Part shown: positions 14,369-28,067 of the stretch, one piece after another | Position numbering within the stretch: position 1 is the first letter of the stretch | Layout of the letters: every line of letters starts with the position of its first letter | Origin: Patellaria atrata CBS 101060 | Lineage: Eukaryota | Length of the DNA stretch: 52,013 nt | Assembly: GCA_010093705.1 (NCBI GenBank) | Contig: MU006107.1 | Span: forward strand, 480,031-532,043 | Direction of reading: 5' to 3' | Position numbers and translations under genes: made by a program | The notes under the pieces: generated by a model | Database searches by the model: none | What the model was told of the DNA's origin: nothing | Seen by the model: only the letters and a program-made list of their open reading frames with translations

Positions 14369-15498
14369 ATGCTTGAATTCCGAACTCATGGTTACAATGG
14401 CTATAGCGTCAAGTACTCGCCCTTTTTTGACTCCAGGATAGCCGTAGCAGCATCTGCAAATTTCGGCCTGGTGGGCAATGGCAGGCTGTATATACTAAAT
14501 CTCACGGCGGACGGTATCAAACCTGAGAAATGGTACCTTTCCCATGTTCATACTGTATTTGTTAGCTAGGCTAGACCGAACACTAACAAATGCTACTGTG
14601 TAGGTTTGATACACAAGACTCACTGTTTGACCTTGCCTGGTCTGAAGCCCACGAGAACCAACTCCTCACCGCATCAGGCGATGGAAGCATCAAGCTTTTC
14701 GATATTTCCCTCTCCGAATTCCCCATCGCCAACTGGTCAGAACATGCGCGTGAGGTCTTCTGCGTCCAATGGAACCTCGTTGGGAAGGATTCTTTTCTCT
14801 CGTCTTCTTGGGACGGCTGCATTAAGATCTGGAACCCACACATGCCAGCCTCTATAGCAACACTCCCTACCCATAGCTGCACCTATTCGGCCCAGTTCAG
14901 TCCACATAGCCCCAATATCCTGAGTGCAGTGAGTTCGGATAGCCATATGAGAATCTTTGATCTCAGGACTCCCGCATCGGCTTCAAACCATCTCACGCTC
15001 TCGATACCAATCCATACACCACCAAAAGCACAACCGGGCGCCCCTCCTGCCGTTGGTATACCGCCCAGTGAGGCTCTGACCCACGACTGGAACAAATATC
15101 GTGAAACGGTATTGGCCACCGCAGGCGTAGACCGTCTCATACGAACTTTTGACATCAGGGCACCAGGTCAAGGTCCAGTCGCTATTCTACCGGGCCACGA
15201 ATATGCTGTTCGAAGACTAACTTGGAGTCCACATCTCTCAGATGTTCTCCTCAGCGCTAGCTATGATATGACTTGTAGAGTATGGACAGACGGGAGCGCC
15301 GTAGGCGTGGGAGCTCAAGGTGTGAAAACTGATCCTATGGCACTGGGAGGAGGACGGGAGTTGGGGCGAATGGGACGTCATACTGAATTTGCGACTGGTG
15401 TTGACTGGTGTTTATTCGGAGCAGAAGGCTGGTGTGCGAGTTGTGGTTGGGATGAACGATTACTTGTTTGGGATGCAAGGGCTATTATGACTTCATAA
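14369..15498 (+). CDS. PEX7: Peroxisomal targeting signal 2 receptor Pex7 (WD40), exons 14369-14532 and 14604-15498
   Basis: N-terminus MLEFRTHGYNGYSVKYSPFFDSRIAVAASANFGLVGNGRL, HDWNKY, GHEYAVRRLTWSPH, SASYDMTCRVW, HTEF; GT..AG intron 14533-14603. Confidence 0.95.
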
Positions 15499-15720
15499 GC
15501 GACAACTAAAAGATTTCATTTGTTAGACTTGTCATAATTAGGCTGAAAAGGATAGACAATGGGAGAAAGATGGCAAAGGTCCATTCCCCAACCCTTCTCC
15601 AACACTGTATGTGATTACTCTGAAATGCTGACTGGGTATCGAGATAGGACTCGCGCACAAACACTGGAAGTTACGATCACGTCAATCAGAACTCTATTTG
15701 TACGCTTGGTTACTACAAGA

Positions 15721-18598
15721 TCAGCCTGCTCGAGTCTTGAAGAATTGATCCAGTGATCTTGTCATATCCTCCAGCTTCGCAGGTTTCCTTAGGCTCCCCT
15801 TAATCCAACCTGGTAGTTTTCTTTGAGTCCTATCAGCACCGTATCTTCTGTCTATGAGAATGATTGCCGCATAATCGCCCTTATGTCTAATTGCCCTTCC
15901 TATGCATTGATTTACGGCCCTCATACAGACGTTCTCATAGAACTCCCTTGCAGCCTCTTTGCCCTCTGCTGCGGATGCAGCTCTCTTAATGATATGATCG
16001 GATTTCGCGCACCACTCCGCCGAATGCCGATTTGGAAATGGGAGCCCGACAACGAGAACACCACGACCGAGGGAATCACTGAAATTGATCCCTTCCGAAA
16101 GGGAACCACCAATTACTGACAATAGAAGGGCACCCTGACTTGGTAGAGGAGAACTCACAATCGCCGCAGAATATGCGCCCAGAGTGGCGTCTACCCCCAT
16201 AGCCTTCGAATTCTGCGAGTTAGATGACACATCCCGGCGGGATTCGAGAAAAATCGGTTTGATGTCGGACAAAGCTTGAAAAAATGACTTTGATGAGCCA
16301 GTAGACCTCTTCCAAATTGTGACACACTTATCTAGATATGCGTAACTTGGGAAGAAGACCACAACGCCATCTGGTATTACTTTTATAACCTGAAGTATGG
16401 TGTTACCTAACTGCTGAATCTATGGAGGGAACCCACTTAATTAGCATGTTCTTGGGTTTTAGTAGAACATTATTCTGGTAGAGTCATAACTTACTGTAGA
16501 GTCTATGTTCCTTTTCTCGAATGTGAAATTAAATTCCATCCCATTTTGCCCCTGGGTGACTGGCGAGACAAAAAGGTTGGCCGGCGGTATAACGTGACCA
16601 CAGGACAGGGTCATTAGACGAGAACGCGGTAAATAGGAGAAGAGATATTGAGTATAGTCTTCCATCTGATTCCAATTAGTTCAATAGATAGCAAGGCTTC
16701 TATTGTTATATCTTACGGGTGACATAGTCCCTCCAGCTAGTATTACAGCTCTCGCTTCCTCGACGACAAATTTGAAAGCATGACTTGGATCCAGTAGCAT
16801 ATATTTTAGTTCCATATCATTTCCGTGCTCAGTTCTTGAGAAAAAGAATCTGCCTTCCTCGGACGGATTCATGAGAGCAAGTAAAAAGGACTGGATATGT
16901 GTGAGCAGAGGTACTCCACGAGGTGAAGTGTTTTGGACTCCGGCAATAGTTGACGAGGATGCCTTCGCCGTCTCATGAGACTTTTCTTCCAGTTGTACGA
17001 TGTATCCATCTACCTTTCGTGCTAGCTTACTGTCTTGTATGTATTTGGTAAGTTTGAAGAGGTTGATTTGATCAAGTCCCTTGCCTGTCATAATGTCACC
17101 AGTCCGAAGGACACCCTCGGCGGGCTTGCTATCAGCTTTGTTACGTAGGTACGAGATGAGGGAGTCAAGCAGGCGTACAATTTGAGTTAGATAAACCCGA
17201 TTTTTCCCTTTCAGATGGTTCCGAAATTTCTGTAAGTAGGTTCCGAGCTGCGCACGAGAGCGTTGAAACTGCGACATCAAAACAGTTATGGAATAAATAC
17301 CAGTGATTGCATCCATTAGATTATGAGCTTCGTCGATTACGACTACGTGGTCTTTCAGGGAAAGATTAAGAGCGTCTCTTGCTGATTTTTGTAGCAGTAG
17401 AGGATATGGTAGAGAAACGATCTATAGACTTTAGCCAGTGCCTCTGTGATCAATCACGATTCCCATACCTCACAGGATTTTACAGCCGGCCTTGAAGCAT
17501 AATAAGGGCATATATCTAGCTTTTTACCCAGTTCTCCGAGATCCTCAATATCCCGAACACTCGCCAACGCATGATCCCGGAATTCATTCAAGAGAGTTTC
17601 ACTGTCCTTACCAGGTAAATATGGACATCTACAATCTTCAGACGTCCCAGGTTGTTGAATTTCCAAACATCTCTCGTTGATCGCCGTTGCATTTCCAAGT
17701 TTACTCACTTTGGGGTTGATGCAAAGCGTTTTCCTAGATCCTAATGTCAAATACTTGAATTCTTCAACAGAGCATTCCTCCATCGAATTTATTTTCCTGG
17801 TGGTATCCCGATTCGGGGTTAAAGCCGGAGGCATTTTGACCCTGCGTAGCTCATTCGAAAATTGGGTAAGTTGCGAGTGTGTTCTAGAGCAGTAGAAAAC
17901 CTTGATCTCGTCTATAGCTCCATCTTTCTCCTGTTTATCATTATGATCAACCACCATGCCTAGCTTTTTCATTAATGCCTGAGTTTCGGCGGAAAGACCG
18001 CTCTTTGCGTTCGCTTTTGGAGACGGATCTACATCTGCATCCCCATCACTTTCATAATCATCTAACATAAACTGTTCATCATCCAATCCTGAGAGCTCAG
18101 GGCCAGATGTTTTCTAGTACCCATTAGCATAGTAGATCGACACAGTAGGTAATTCTTTGATTACATTTCGTTTTGGGTGTAACTCCGCATTCTTGCTTCG
18201 CTCTGTCATACGCCGCTCCTTTGTACGAATCATTTCCAATCGGGCTTCAAGATCCGCTCGTTGCTGGAGAGCTCTTTCTTTTCTTTCCTTACGCGCGTGC
18301 TCTTTGATCCAATCGGGCTCGTTGTTGTCTTACAATATCATTAGCCTACTGGTTCTAGTCGAACAGTAGAGACGCGTAGCAAACCTTCAAGATCTCGGGA
18401 GATGCCATCCTCAAAAGTTTGGCGCTTATGATCTCGCAGCCATGTCAGGGTGCTGCATATAAGACTTAGAGATTTCCCTGTGCCGGTTGGAGATTCGAAG
18501 ATGCCGACCTTGCCGTCCTTAATGCATTCGTACACCGCGGTCATGAACTGATTCTGGACATCATAAGGATTGTACGGATGGTAAAATTCACGGACCAT
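15721..18598 (-). CDS. CHL1: ATP-dependent DNA helicase Chl1/DDX11 (XPD-family Fe-S helicase), about 6 exons
   Basis: [85 protein letters not shown] pieces separated by GT..AG introns. Confidence 0.95.
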
Positions 18599-18662
18599 TG
18601 TGTAAGGTAGTGGGTAGCTTGAATATTAAAGCGGTCATGCTGATAGCGGGCAGGGTAAGATG

Positions 18663-18685
18663 CGCGTCAAATCCTTTCGACGCGT
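18663..18685. promoter_or_regulatory. MCB-like (MluI cell-cycle box) sites upstream of CHL1
   Basis: ACGCGT at 18680-18685 and CGCGTC at 18663-18668, within 90 nt of the CHL1 ATG in a 234-nt divergent promoter. Confidence 0.5.
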
Positions 18686-18832
18686 CTTTCGACACCTGGT
18701 CACGATATATTCCTTGGCACATGGAGGGGTTCCGAACCCCCACCACCTTCGATGCTACATTTAGCATTCCTACCATAAATTACACATCTGGTCGTCTATG
18801 ATTTAGTGTTAACAGTACCTTATTAAATTACC

Positions 18833-20151
18833 ATGACCGCCGACTTTTGGGCTGGCTACATCAGTGGTGCAGCGGGAATTTTGATCGGTAATCCCCTCGA
18901 TCTTCTTAAAACCCGACTGCAGGCCGGTAGTGCTAGTAGTGGCGTATCCATAACAACAGCTTCGTCCGCATCGCAGTCTTATAGAAATCAGTTCGAACAG
19001 GCCGGTACGCTCTTAAGAGGTAGGTCTCGAAATCTGATTACGTATACTGAAGATTGTGGAAGCGGAGTTATGATATAATTACAGGTTGGATCAGCTCTAG
19101 TTCTATGAAGACGGCGCTGGGCGTTATTCTGCAGTAGAGACTTGACTATATATCTACCTTACCTTCAAAGCATCCACTAACTCTTTTCCTTTCTTGAAAC
19201 AAGGTGCTACAGCTCCGATTCTTGGATATGGTGCGCTTAATGCGTTGTTGTTCTACACCTACAATCGGTCTTTACTACTTCTGAATCAACCGTTCTCGTC
19301 GATGGTACCTCAAGTCGATCATAGAGTTCTCAATTCCGGTGGGATTGATAGGCTTTCTATAACATCATCTCCACCAGTTCCAAACCTATTGCAAATATGG
19401 ATGGCGGGCGCTCTGGGTGGTTTAGCAACTTTTATCGTATCTGCCCCTACGGAGCTTATCAAGTGCCGAGCTCAGGTTGCAGGTCCAGGTAGTAACACGA
19501 GCTCGGTTAGTATCGCCCGGAATATCTGGAAATCGGAAGGTGTGAGGGGTTTATATTTTGGAGGGTGTGTGACAGCGATTAGGGATGCAATTGGTTATGG
19601 GTTCTAGTACGTTGACCCCCAATCTCGTACTGTCTCCGTGCTCGTTGAATGGGCAACAATGGAAATAGACGAGGTTGCTAAGCCCAAGGCCTAGTTTTTG
19701 GTCTTACGAACTCAGTATGCGATCAGTCAGTTCACAGAGTGATACAGAACGCGAGAAAACGTGGAAGATTTTGTTGTGCGGGGGACTGGCTGGAATTGTT
19801 ACTTGGGCCTCCATATTTCCCTTGGGTAAGTTCCTACAAATTCCCTATTAGACAATCAATATACTTACAACTGTATTGAAAGACGTTGTCAAGACACGGG
19901 TACAGACACAAAGATATCCTTATGCGCAAGCAACATCAGCTTCAGAGAGGGAAGGTTTGCTGGGGTTCGAGCAAAGAAGTGGTCAGAGGGACGGTGGTCG
20001 AAGAGGGGCGCTTGAAATCGCGCGACTGGCCTACAGCGCTGAAGGATTACCCGTGTTTTTCAGAGGACTCGGGGTCTGTAGTGTGAGAGCATTCATTGTG
20101 AATTCCGTTCAATGGTTCGTTTACGAGTGGATGGTGGGTGTCCTGTTATAG
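18833..20151 (+). CDS. Mitochondrial carrier family protein (Ymc1/Crc1-like group), exons 18833-19019, 19204-19606, 19695-19825, 19883-20151
   Basis: Three carrier signature motifs PLDLLKTR, PTELIKCR and PLDVVKTR; introns restore one frame. Confidence 0.92.
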
Positions 20152-20458
20152 GTATTAGTAACGAGTCAAAGACCTTCTCATGCCACGATCCCAATTCTAG
20201 CAAGCAAAGCGGAATTATCGTTTCCAGAAAATAAAATTTCGATCTCTAGAAGATGGAACCGCAATTTGAGAGTACATAAAGGAGTTTTTAGTTAAGAATC
20301 AATAAGTAGGCCTGGAAGATCTGGTCGTAGTCGATGATTCGATTGAACTTGAATGAAGAAACTTCCTTGAACTTTTGAATACAGCCGATAGGAAACCTGG
20401 GTGACTTTGTGTCATCAATCAAGGAGAATCAAGGGAGAATGTAAGAGGTAAATGACCT

Positions 20459-23053
20459 CTACATGATTTGGTCTTGAGTGAGGCCACCTGTTTCGGTACC
20501 TTCCATGGCATCTCCATTTCCGAGGTTAGAGTACTTCACGTAGGAGAGTCCAAGAGGACGACCGCCATATTGATAGCCGGAGAACTTAGCTAGAAGCTGT
20601 TAGGTCTTCAACAACAATGTACTTTTATGCACAACACGTACAGATTGCCGTCTCTGCATTATCAGCAGTATCGAATTGGACAACGCCAGTACCGCGTGAT
20701 CGACCGTTCGGTTCATACTGGACCTCAGCACGCTCAACTTTGCCGATTGTGGTGAAAAGCTCGACAAGGTCCTCATTGCTGGTAGACCACGGAAGCTACG
20801 ATGTGTTAGAAGTTGCTGAAATTAATGAAGTGCTCCATAACTTACGTTTCGAACGTAGATGATTTCAGAGCGTTCGCCCCCAGAGGTGGCAAAATCGGTG
20901 AAGGGATTGGGCGGGTTGGAAGCTCCAGCATCGAAACCACCAGCAGCGCCAGCAGCACCAGCAGCAGCACCGTAGCCACCTCCAAAACCTCCTCTACCAC
21001 CATAACCGCCGCCAAATCCTCCTCTGACTCCACCAAATCCTCCACGGCCACCACCATAACCTCCGCGGCCACCAAAGCCGCCACCGAAGCCTCCACGACC
21101 AAAGCCCTGGGAGGAAGTAGCGAAGCGGTCTTCGCGTACTTCTAAGGCGCGTCCTTGCCAATCATATCCGTTGAACTGCTGAATGGCGTTACGGGCATCC
21201 TCGGCGGTTTCGAATGCGACGATTCCAGAACCTTTGGGGCGACCATCAGGGGCGACGTGAACATCTGCGCGGATGACAGAGCCAGTAATGGCTGTAATGC
21301 GGTTAGTGTCAAGCTAATCCGAACGGATCATTGCTTTCTGCGCAAAGGTAACTGAGGGAAAGGATGCTCGAGTGTAACTTACCAGCCTGGCGGAAAAGAT
21401 CCTTCAGATCCTGCCAACCGACAGTATAGGGAAGCTAAGAGATGTTAATTCGTTGATCTAAATTATGTTAACACATTTGCGAGGAAAGGAAACAAACGTT
21501 GGAGACGTAGATTTGGCGTCCACCACCTGGAGCGCCTCCACCATAACCGCCTCCGTAACCTCCACCACGGCCCATACCGCCCTCAAAACCTCCACGGCCG
21601 CCGCCTGGAGCTGTAAAGCGGGGTTCAGTTTCTCGATCCTGTAGAAAGGTTATAAATCTGATGATAGGAACAAAACGAGACATGAGGTAAAATTGTCTCT
21701 ACGGTTCGTGACTTACTTCGCGTACGTAGACTAGACGACCCATGAGGTTCTGGTTGCTGAGTGTATTGATCGCATTTTGTGCTTGCTCTCTCGTTGCGTA
21801 TTCCACAATTCTGATCCACGATGTTAGCGTTTGAAATAAACACGAAGGTAAGGTAGAGAATCTTACCCGCATCCCTACATAGACCCGCGGACAACCGGTC
21901 CCATCCGTCAATCCAACGTCCAACAAAAACCAAAGAAAGAACCAAAAAGAACCAGCCATAATCATGCGCCCACCTTCGACATTCCATTGGGAAGAAGCAG
22001 AACATCTGCGAAAAGGACCTCTCCGGCTGTGGAAAGCTTTATTAGTGATATAAGATAGAGTGCGGGAGAAATTGTGAGTTACCCGATCTCATGAAATCTT
22101 TAAGATGATGCCACTTGACATCGTAGGACAAGTTGCCAACATAGACGCGGCGGTCTTGCTGGGACGATTCGCGAAGTGACTGCATCATTTGCTCCTTTGC
22201 GACAGATCTATCTTCGGGGTTACGAGTTGACGCTCCACGACCCGCACCGTATGAGCTAGAATATCCACCTGTAGCACCAGTAGCAGTACCTGAAATGGGT
22301 GACCTTGAGCGGCGATCGCTTCGGCGATAATCGTCACGGCTTCGAGAACGGCTGCGTGGAGAGTAGGATCTCCGAGTGCGACGTGGACTTCGAGAACGAC
22401 GACGGGGAGAGCGAGACCTCTCGCGCTGGTAGTTATAAGAGTTAGAGGTTGAAACCGCCATGATAGGGATGTTCGCGTGAGCGTGGGGTAAGGTGTTATA
22501 TTATGTTTTGAATAGGAAAGTGGGAATGTAGGTAGTGAATTATGCAGAGATTGATGTCAAGCGGACACACGGGGAGCTCAACGTGCATGCGGTCGTTTGT
22601 AGTGAAAACCCGGCCGCGGCCGCGGCAAATCAACCCGCCACCCGAACGGGAAGCACGAGGCTCGCGACTTCCCCATCACGAACGACCGGACGCGGGGTGT
22701 GAGGGCAGGCGCGAACGACAGTTAACGATCGCAAACCATCGCCGCGATCCTCTTTGCTCCACATTATCGGATGTGTTTTGTCGTGGAAGTATTGAGTGGA
22801 CGAATTTTTGGAGGCAGTTGGTGGAATAACTAAACTTACAGTATGAGGACGGTAGGTATCCGAATCTAGAGGAGAGAAAGCTGGTAAGCGCAAGAAAACA
22901 GCGACCGCCTTGAACCTGAGCCTCCTCAGGTGATGACACTCAAGCAGACAAACAAACAACAAGCAACAGGACAGGCGTGAAGGACCAAGAAGCCCAATAC
23001 ACCAAATAGAAGACAACGGGGAGAAGAGGGAGAACAAAAGGACACTTACCCAT
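20459..23053 (-). CDS. Gbp2/Hrb1-like SR protein with RS N-terminus, three RRMs and RGG linkers; many exons including 4-nt, 26-nt and 8-nt coding exons
   Basis: RSRSP repeats; RRM1 VYVGNLSYDVKWHHLKDFM...KGCGIVEY; RRM2 LPYTVGWQDLKDLFR...KGSGIVAF; RRM3 LPWSTSNEDLVELF...RGTGVVQF; ends ...LTQDQIM*. Start inferred at 23053 from splice signals. Confidence 0.9.
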
Positions 23054-26000
23054 TACAGCACTGGAAAGAGGCAGTTTTGTAGGTGGAAAAGACGGAGCTC
23101 GCTTTTCTGCAGGAAGGCTGCTGGGGAAGGTGTCGACAAGGGTTCACAAGCGTTTGGGACGAAGAAAATCTGGCAGAAGCAGCACGACTACGGCCGATTG
23201 ACGACGCCAATTGGGTGAGTTGGTTGCAAAAAAAAAAAAATATGTAGACGAGGAAGATACGGCTGGGCAGCTGAGTTAGCGGACGGACTCCGATCGATAC
23301 GCCTGTCTTTTCTTTTCTGCTAGTTATGCTGGCAGTGCTGGATGCAATAACATGCAGTGTCAAGACTCTTATTTTCTTTCTTCGCACAAGGTTGCCTTTT
23401 TGCCTGTTTTTCTTTTTCGCTAAAGAGCCTCCTCAACGAAGAACGCCAGTTGCTCGAACGGGTGATCAACGAGGGTAGTAAGCCCTGAAGATGCTAAGGG
23501 ACCGTTGAGCGAAGTCTTCAAGACGTTGTTTTGGCCCCTTCCACGTTCTGAGCGTCTGGCACTGTTACGATGAGGAACGACCTTGCAGCGCGTCTTCAAC
23601 ACCAGGCCCGCCAGTTGCCGATGCGGGGGCTCAATTATGAGAGGATGTCTCATTCATTCGTCGCCTCCACATGCACTATGGGCGCCACTGATGGTCTTGC
23701 TGATGAGAGAGGGGGGAAAGGGTCCAGTGAACTTACTGTGAAGTACAGTAGTATCTCCGTAGATGGACGCGTGAGGAGCCGCGCGGATCGTTCGACTCGT
23801 GTTGAAATGGAGGGTTGGGTCCCGAGACAGCGGATTGGGGATTACGGGAAATTCAAGGCGGTGTCTGCTGCAAGATGGACGGATTGACACGAATTGGGAA
23901 AAGGCAAGATGTCTGATGTACTGTGTAGTTCTGCGAGGAGATGAAGTTGTTGCAGTGCAGTTCAAGCTTGGCTCAGCCGAACGCTAATTCGTTTAGCAGA
24001 CGCCTCGTAAGATTTGTGGGAACCGAAGAGCAGGAGCACTTTAGATTTTGTATAGTAAGCGAGTTATGGTTCCTTCTTCATCGTATCAATTACTTTCCAC
24101 TCCCAGCTCCTAGCTCCGACGTTAATTTAAGGGTATTAGGCTTATGTGAGGTTTCTCTGGAGGTACAGTACAGTATGAAATACGGCCTGATGATACCTAT
24201 ACCCTACCCAATATCCCCTACCACCAATTCTTTTTCCCCATTCCCCAGGCAACTCCATACCTATCGGTATGCGGGTGCGGTAACGACCACGAGCAATCAA
24301 AAATAAGGTACATTACCTCTCTTTGCTCTGCACGATCCCAGCCAATTCATCCCAGCTTCTGCGTTTCTCTTCAATCTCCAAACGAGAAATCTCTCCACTT
24401 CTCTGCCGGTGTTATGCTGGTTTCGCCTTGCAACTAATGCCGCCTCCTCTCGATAAGGACGAAACATTACTGTAATCGTCCAAGTCAATTTGATTCCGAC
24501 ATGACGGTACAGCAGAGGGCGAGATTCGGTGGCAAACATAATAAAAACGACCAATTGCTTTTAGAAAACCGGATTAGTCGGTGTGCGCATCCCTATTGGC
24601 ACAACAAGGCCCTCTCACAGGGAAATTCAAAACTGACGAGAACCAATCCCTCCATTTTCTACCATCACATATCATTATCGATGCCTCCACCACCTCCAAT
24701 CATACTCTTCTCGAAGCCTTGTCGGATCACGTTGTCGTTAAAAGCGGCTGCAGCTTATTGCGCATTCACCGTTTAATGAACGAAGTACTGGTATTCTCCA
24801 TCCTTTGGATATCGTAAAATACCATTCGCCATATCTAACCGCAAGGCTATTTTGTGAATCTTCAGCCGCGGGAGCATGAGATCCGATTTGCAGATACGGT
24901 ATGACGAATTACGGTGAGACTCGTAAGGCTCGGAGACCAGCCGGAGAATAAGATCCTTAAAGGTACCTTCCATATACTTGTATTTAGATCACTTCTGATA
25001 TAGAGAGATTATCTAAGGATAATCTAGGTACCCTTAGGAATAAAGGGATCAGAGCACCATGTGGGGGTTGAGGATTGAAGAAGCTCTTGGAGCGAACATG
25101 AATACCCGGCCTTGGTATTATCATCAGATTCTGATTGTTCTACAGATTGATAGATCTGTCCAGTCTTTTTTTGTGCTACTGAACGTAGGACAAGTTGGCG
25201 ATATCGGATTGTATGTATTTATTACAGTACGACCAACTAGCCACAAGCAAACAGCGTTTTAATCTGTCCCTGGTATGTATTATGAAACGACGATTTCATA
25301 TACGAGACACAGATATATACAAGGAAGGTCGTCTAACTATTACCATAGCAAGAGTTTTAGTTTGAGTACTGAGATGGCCAGTCGCTTAATTAGTGCCGTA
25401 TATCGTAACCGACCGCAACAATTCTGATACGACTTGAAAGATGGAGAATATTCCATATTTACGAATCGAGAGATATCATAAGTTTTGAAGAATTGGCACG
25501 GTACGTGTTTATCAAGGGGAGAGATGACTTGATGCTGTAGGCAAACTATTACCCAATTGAACAAGACTTTCGAGACGCAAGGCTTCGTGGAGAGATATAG
25601 AGCAGAATGTAGGAGCAAGGCAAAGATATGTACACATCAATCTGATCTTTTCTTAATCGAATAGGTAGGGGTAAGGCTTCTCATACAACTCTGAAAGTTC
25701 TAGAAGCCAAAATCACCGCAATCAATTCAATAGTGACGTCAAATGTTAACCGATTTATGATATATGAATACATTGAATCTCAATGAGACGTACAAAGAAA
25801 GAAGAGTATAAGGCAAGCCGGCAAGCTAAAATACAACTTAAGCATGAGAGGTGTGCGAAAAGTGGTGATAGTGGAAGAGAGAGTTTTAAAGTGTGATTTG
25901 CGTGATCAGACCGATAACTTATTTCAACGCCATTGGATGCTATCCCGACTTCCAACCCCTTTACCCACTGATAAGAACTCTGTGTAAGAGTACGCTTGCT

Positions 26001-28067
26001 TCGCATTGTCCGTAGACGTTTACTGTGCTCTTTTATTGCTTGAACTCCTGCGTTACACCCGATCCGCTGGATATAAATCGCATGTCAAGGCTCGACTTGA
26101 TATAGTCTATGAAACGACCAGTCATTACTTATGGATGCCGAAAATCTACCATAGTAGTGATTGAGGACCACCATTCTGCCCTACTTCTATGCCCGCTTGG
26201 TTTAGGGGTGTATTGGTAGCCGGATGGATGTTAACTTTCTCGGACCATCGTATCGGACTGTGTCGTGGGAACAGCGACTCACATTGTTTTGATGCGGAGC
26301 CGGATCTGCCACAGGATATTCGTAATCAGGAAATGCAAGCAAAGGCAAAGAGATTGCATTGTCGTCTCGGACGCATCATAACCGATGCCACTCCCACGAG
26401 AAGCTAGTGAGTTATGGGAGATCACCTCACAATGGGAAGAAGTCTGTACTCTCCGAGTTGACATTCAGAGCGTTGCTGTGCAACAGCATCCATTCGATAG
26501 TGTTGCGTAACCTGTAAATCACGGTAGCCACTGACCGCGTAATTGCAACGGTGACGGCTTTACGCAATGTGAGATATAAATGGCCTCCCAACCTTTCAAT
26601 CTATATGGAACATGAGCGTCTCTAAATCGTTGGTATGATTATGGGATTCAGTCACGTATTTTCCCTACTTTGCGTATCCGTATGGTCCTCGTCTTTTATT
26701 TATGGTCGGAATATACCAAGTAGATAAGTTTGATGTTAGCATTCGCAAGACGGTGAGTCGATCTCCTCGATGACCTCACGTATGGTGGCAATTTGCGCTT
26801 TTTTTTTTTCTCTAATATCTTGACGACCAATAGCAAGGGAATAGTCATTCCGGTGATGGAGGTAGAGAATATAACTGTCTTGTGTAAAAAGGGGAAAGAG
26901 TACGGCGCGAGCACTCTCAAAAAATGAGTGGGAGAAGTACTGTTCCGACTCGAATGTTGAACTTGCCATAGGTGCTGGTAGAAATTGAGTCCCTGTTTAG
27001 AAAATCTTAGATAGAACCGAAATTAGACATGAGAGTGAAGCACCAGTGCAAGGCAGAAGAAATCATTAGGCTACTACGATTATAATGGCTGCCAACACCG
27101 ACCAACCTCATGATAGAGTTACCTCACCGAGAACAATATCTTGAAAGAACGAGCTCTAGAATCTCGAACTAGTAAAGGGTGGCCATATCGATTCAACGGG
27201 TCCGAGTAAAGGTCAGACTACAAAGAGATGCCATCCATAACATTAAAATATTCAAAATACAACCGTTGTGCGTATGGTGTTACTTTTGTGGACTTCTCGG
27301 TATCTATGTGAGAAAGACCACTTGAATACACTAACCGGAGACCTTCCTCAAAAACATTTGATTTCGCTGAGTCCCAGTTGCAAATGGGTGAGGAATAAAT
27401 GTAACCGGTAGCCAACTAACATCATTGGTGACTAGCTCTGGGTTCATCGTCAGGTGAGGGTATAGGTCCATATCTGCCACCTTCCCTCCACTTTGAGCTA
27501 CCTCGCAAAGAACCTGGACGTTGAAAAATCTCTCATCTCTGTTCTGAACCCTGTTGTACTGTAGCAACTGTCTGTATTCTAGAAATGCGTAGAAGCGTCT
27601 TTGTATCTACTGACTTATTGGATCCGAGAACATGACCGAAGAATGGCATTAATTGTGACCTATAGATAATATCCTATAATTCATCCCGAGAAAATGTCTC
27701 AATGGGGTAGTAGAATATTTACCGTTGAAGTTTAGTGGTAGAAAACGCTGATGGGAACCAGACATTCTAGGGGTATCTTCTGCCTTATCCAATATTCTCT
27801 TAGCCTTCGTCCTTGCATTAAGGTCTTGCCCATGTTAGTATGTATTAATGGAAGAACATTACCGAATCAGAATCGTTGTTTATAATGACTATAATTGGGA
27901 AAGTACGGCAAATAAGGATAGAGCGCAGTTGATATATCTTAAATGACGATAGGGCATGATGGACATAACAAGTTGAATGAAAAGTATATTAAGAATATAA
28001 TAAGGGAATCGGTATTTGATTCTCAAAATCACTCCCTCTTTATAGTTAGAGATAAATACAAGTCCAC

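Noticed and set aside
20813..21145. Ser/Thr-rich plus-strand ORF resembling a cell-wall protein
   Set aside because: Antisense shadow of the RGG-rich linker of the Gbp2-like gene.
23420..25618. Cluster of 60-120-aa ORFs
   Set aside because: No recognisable motifs or consistent exon structure; compatible with chance ORFs.
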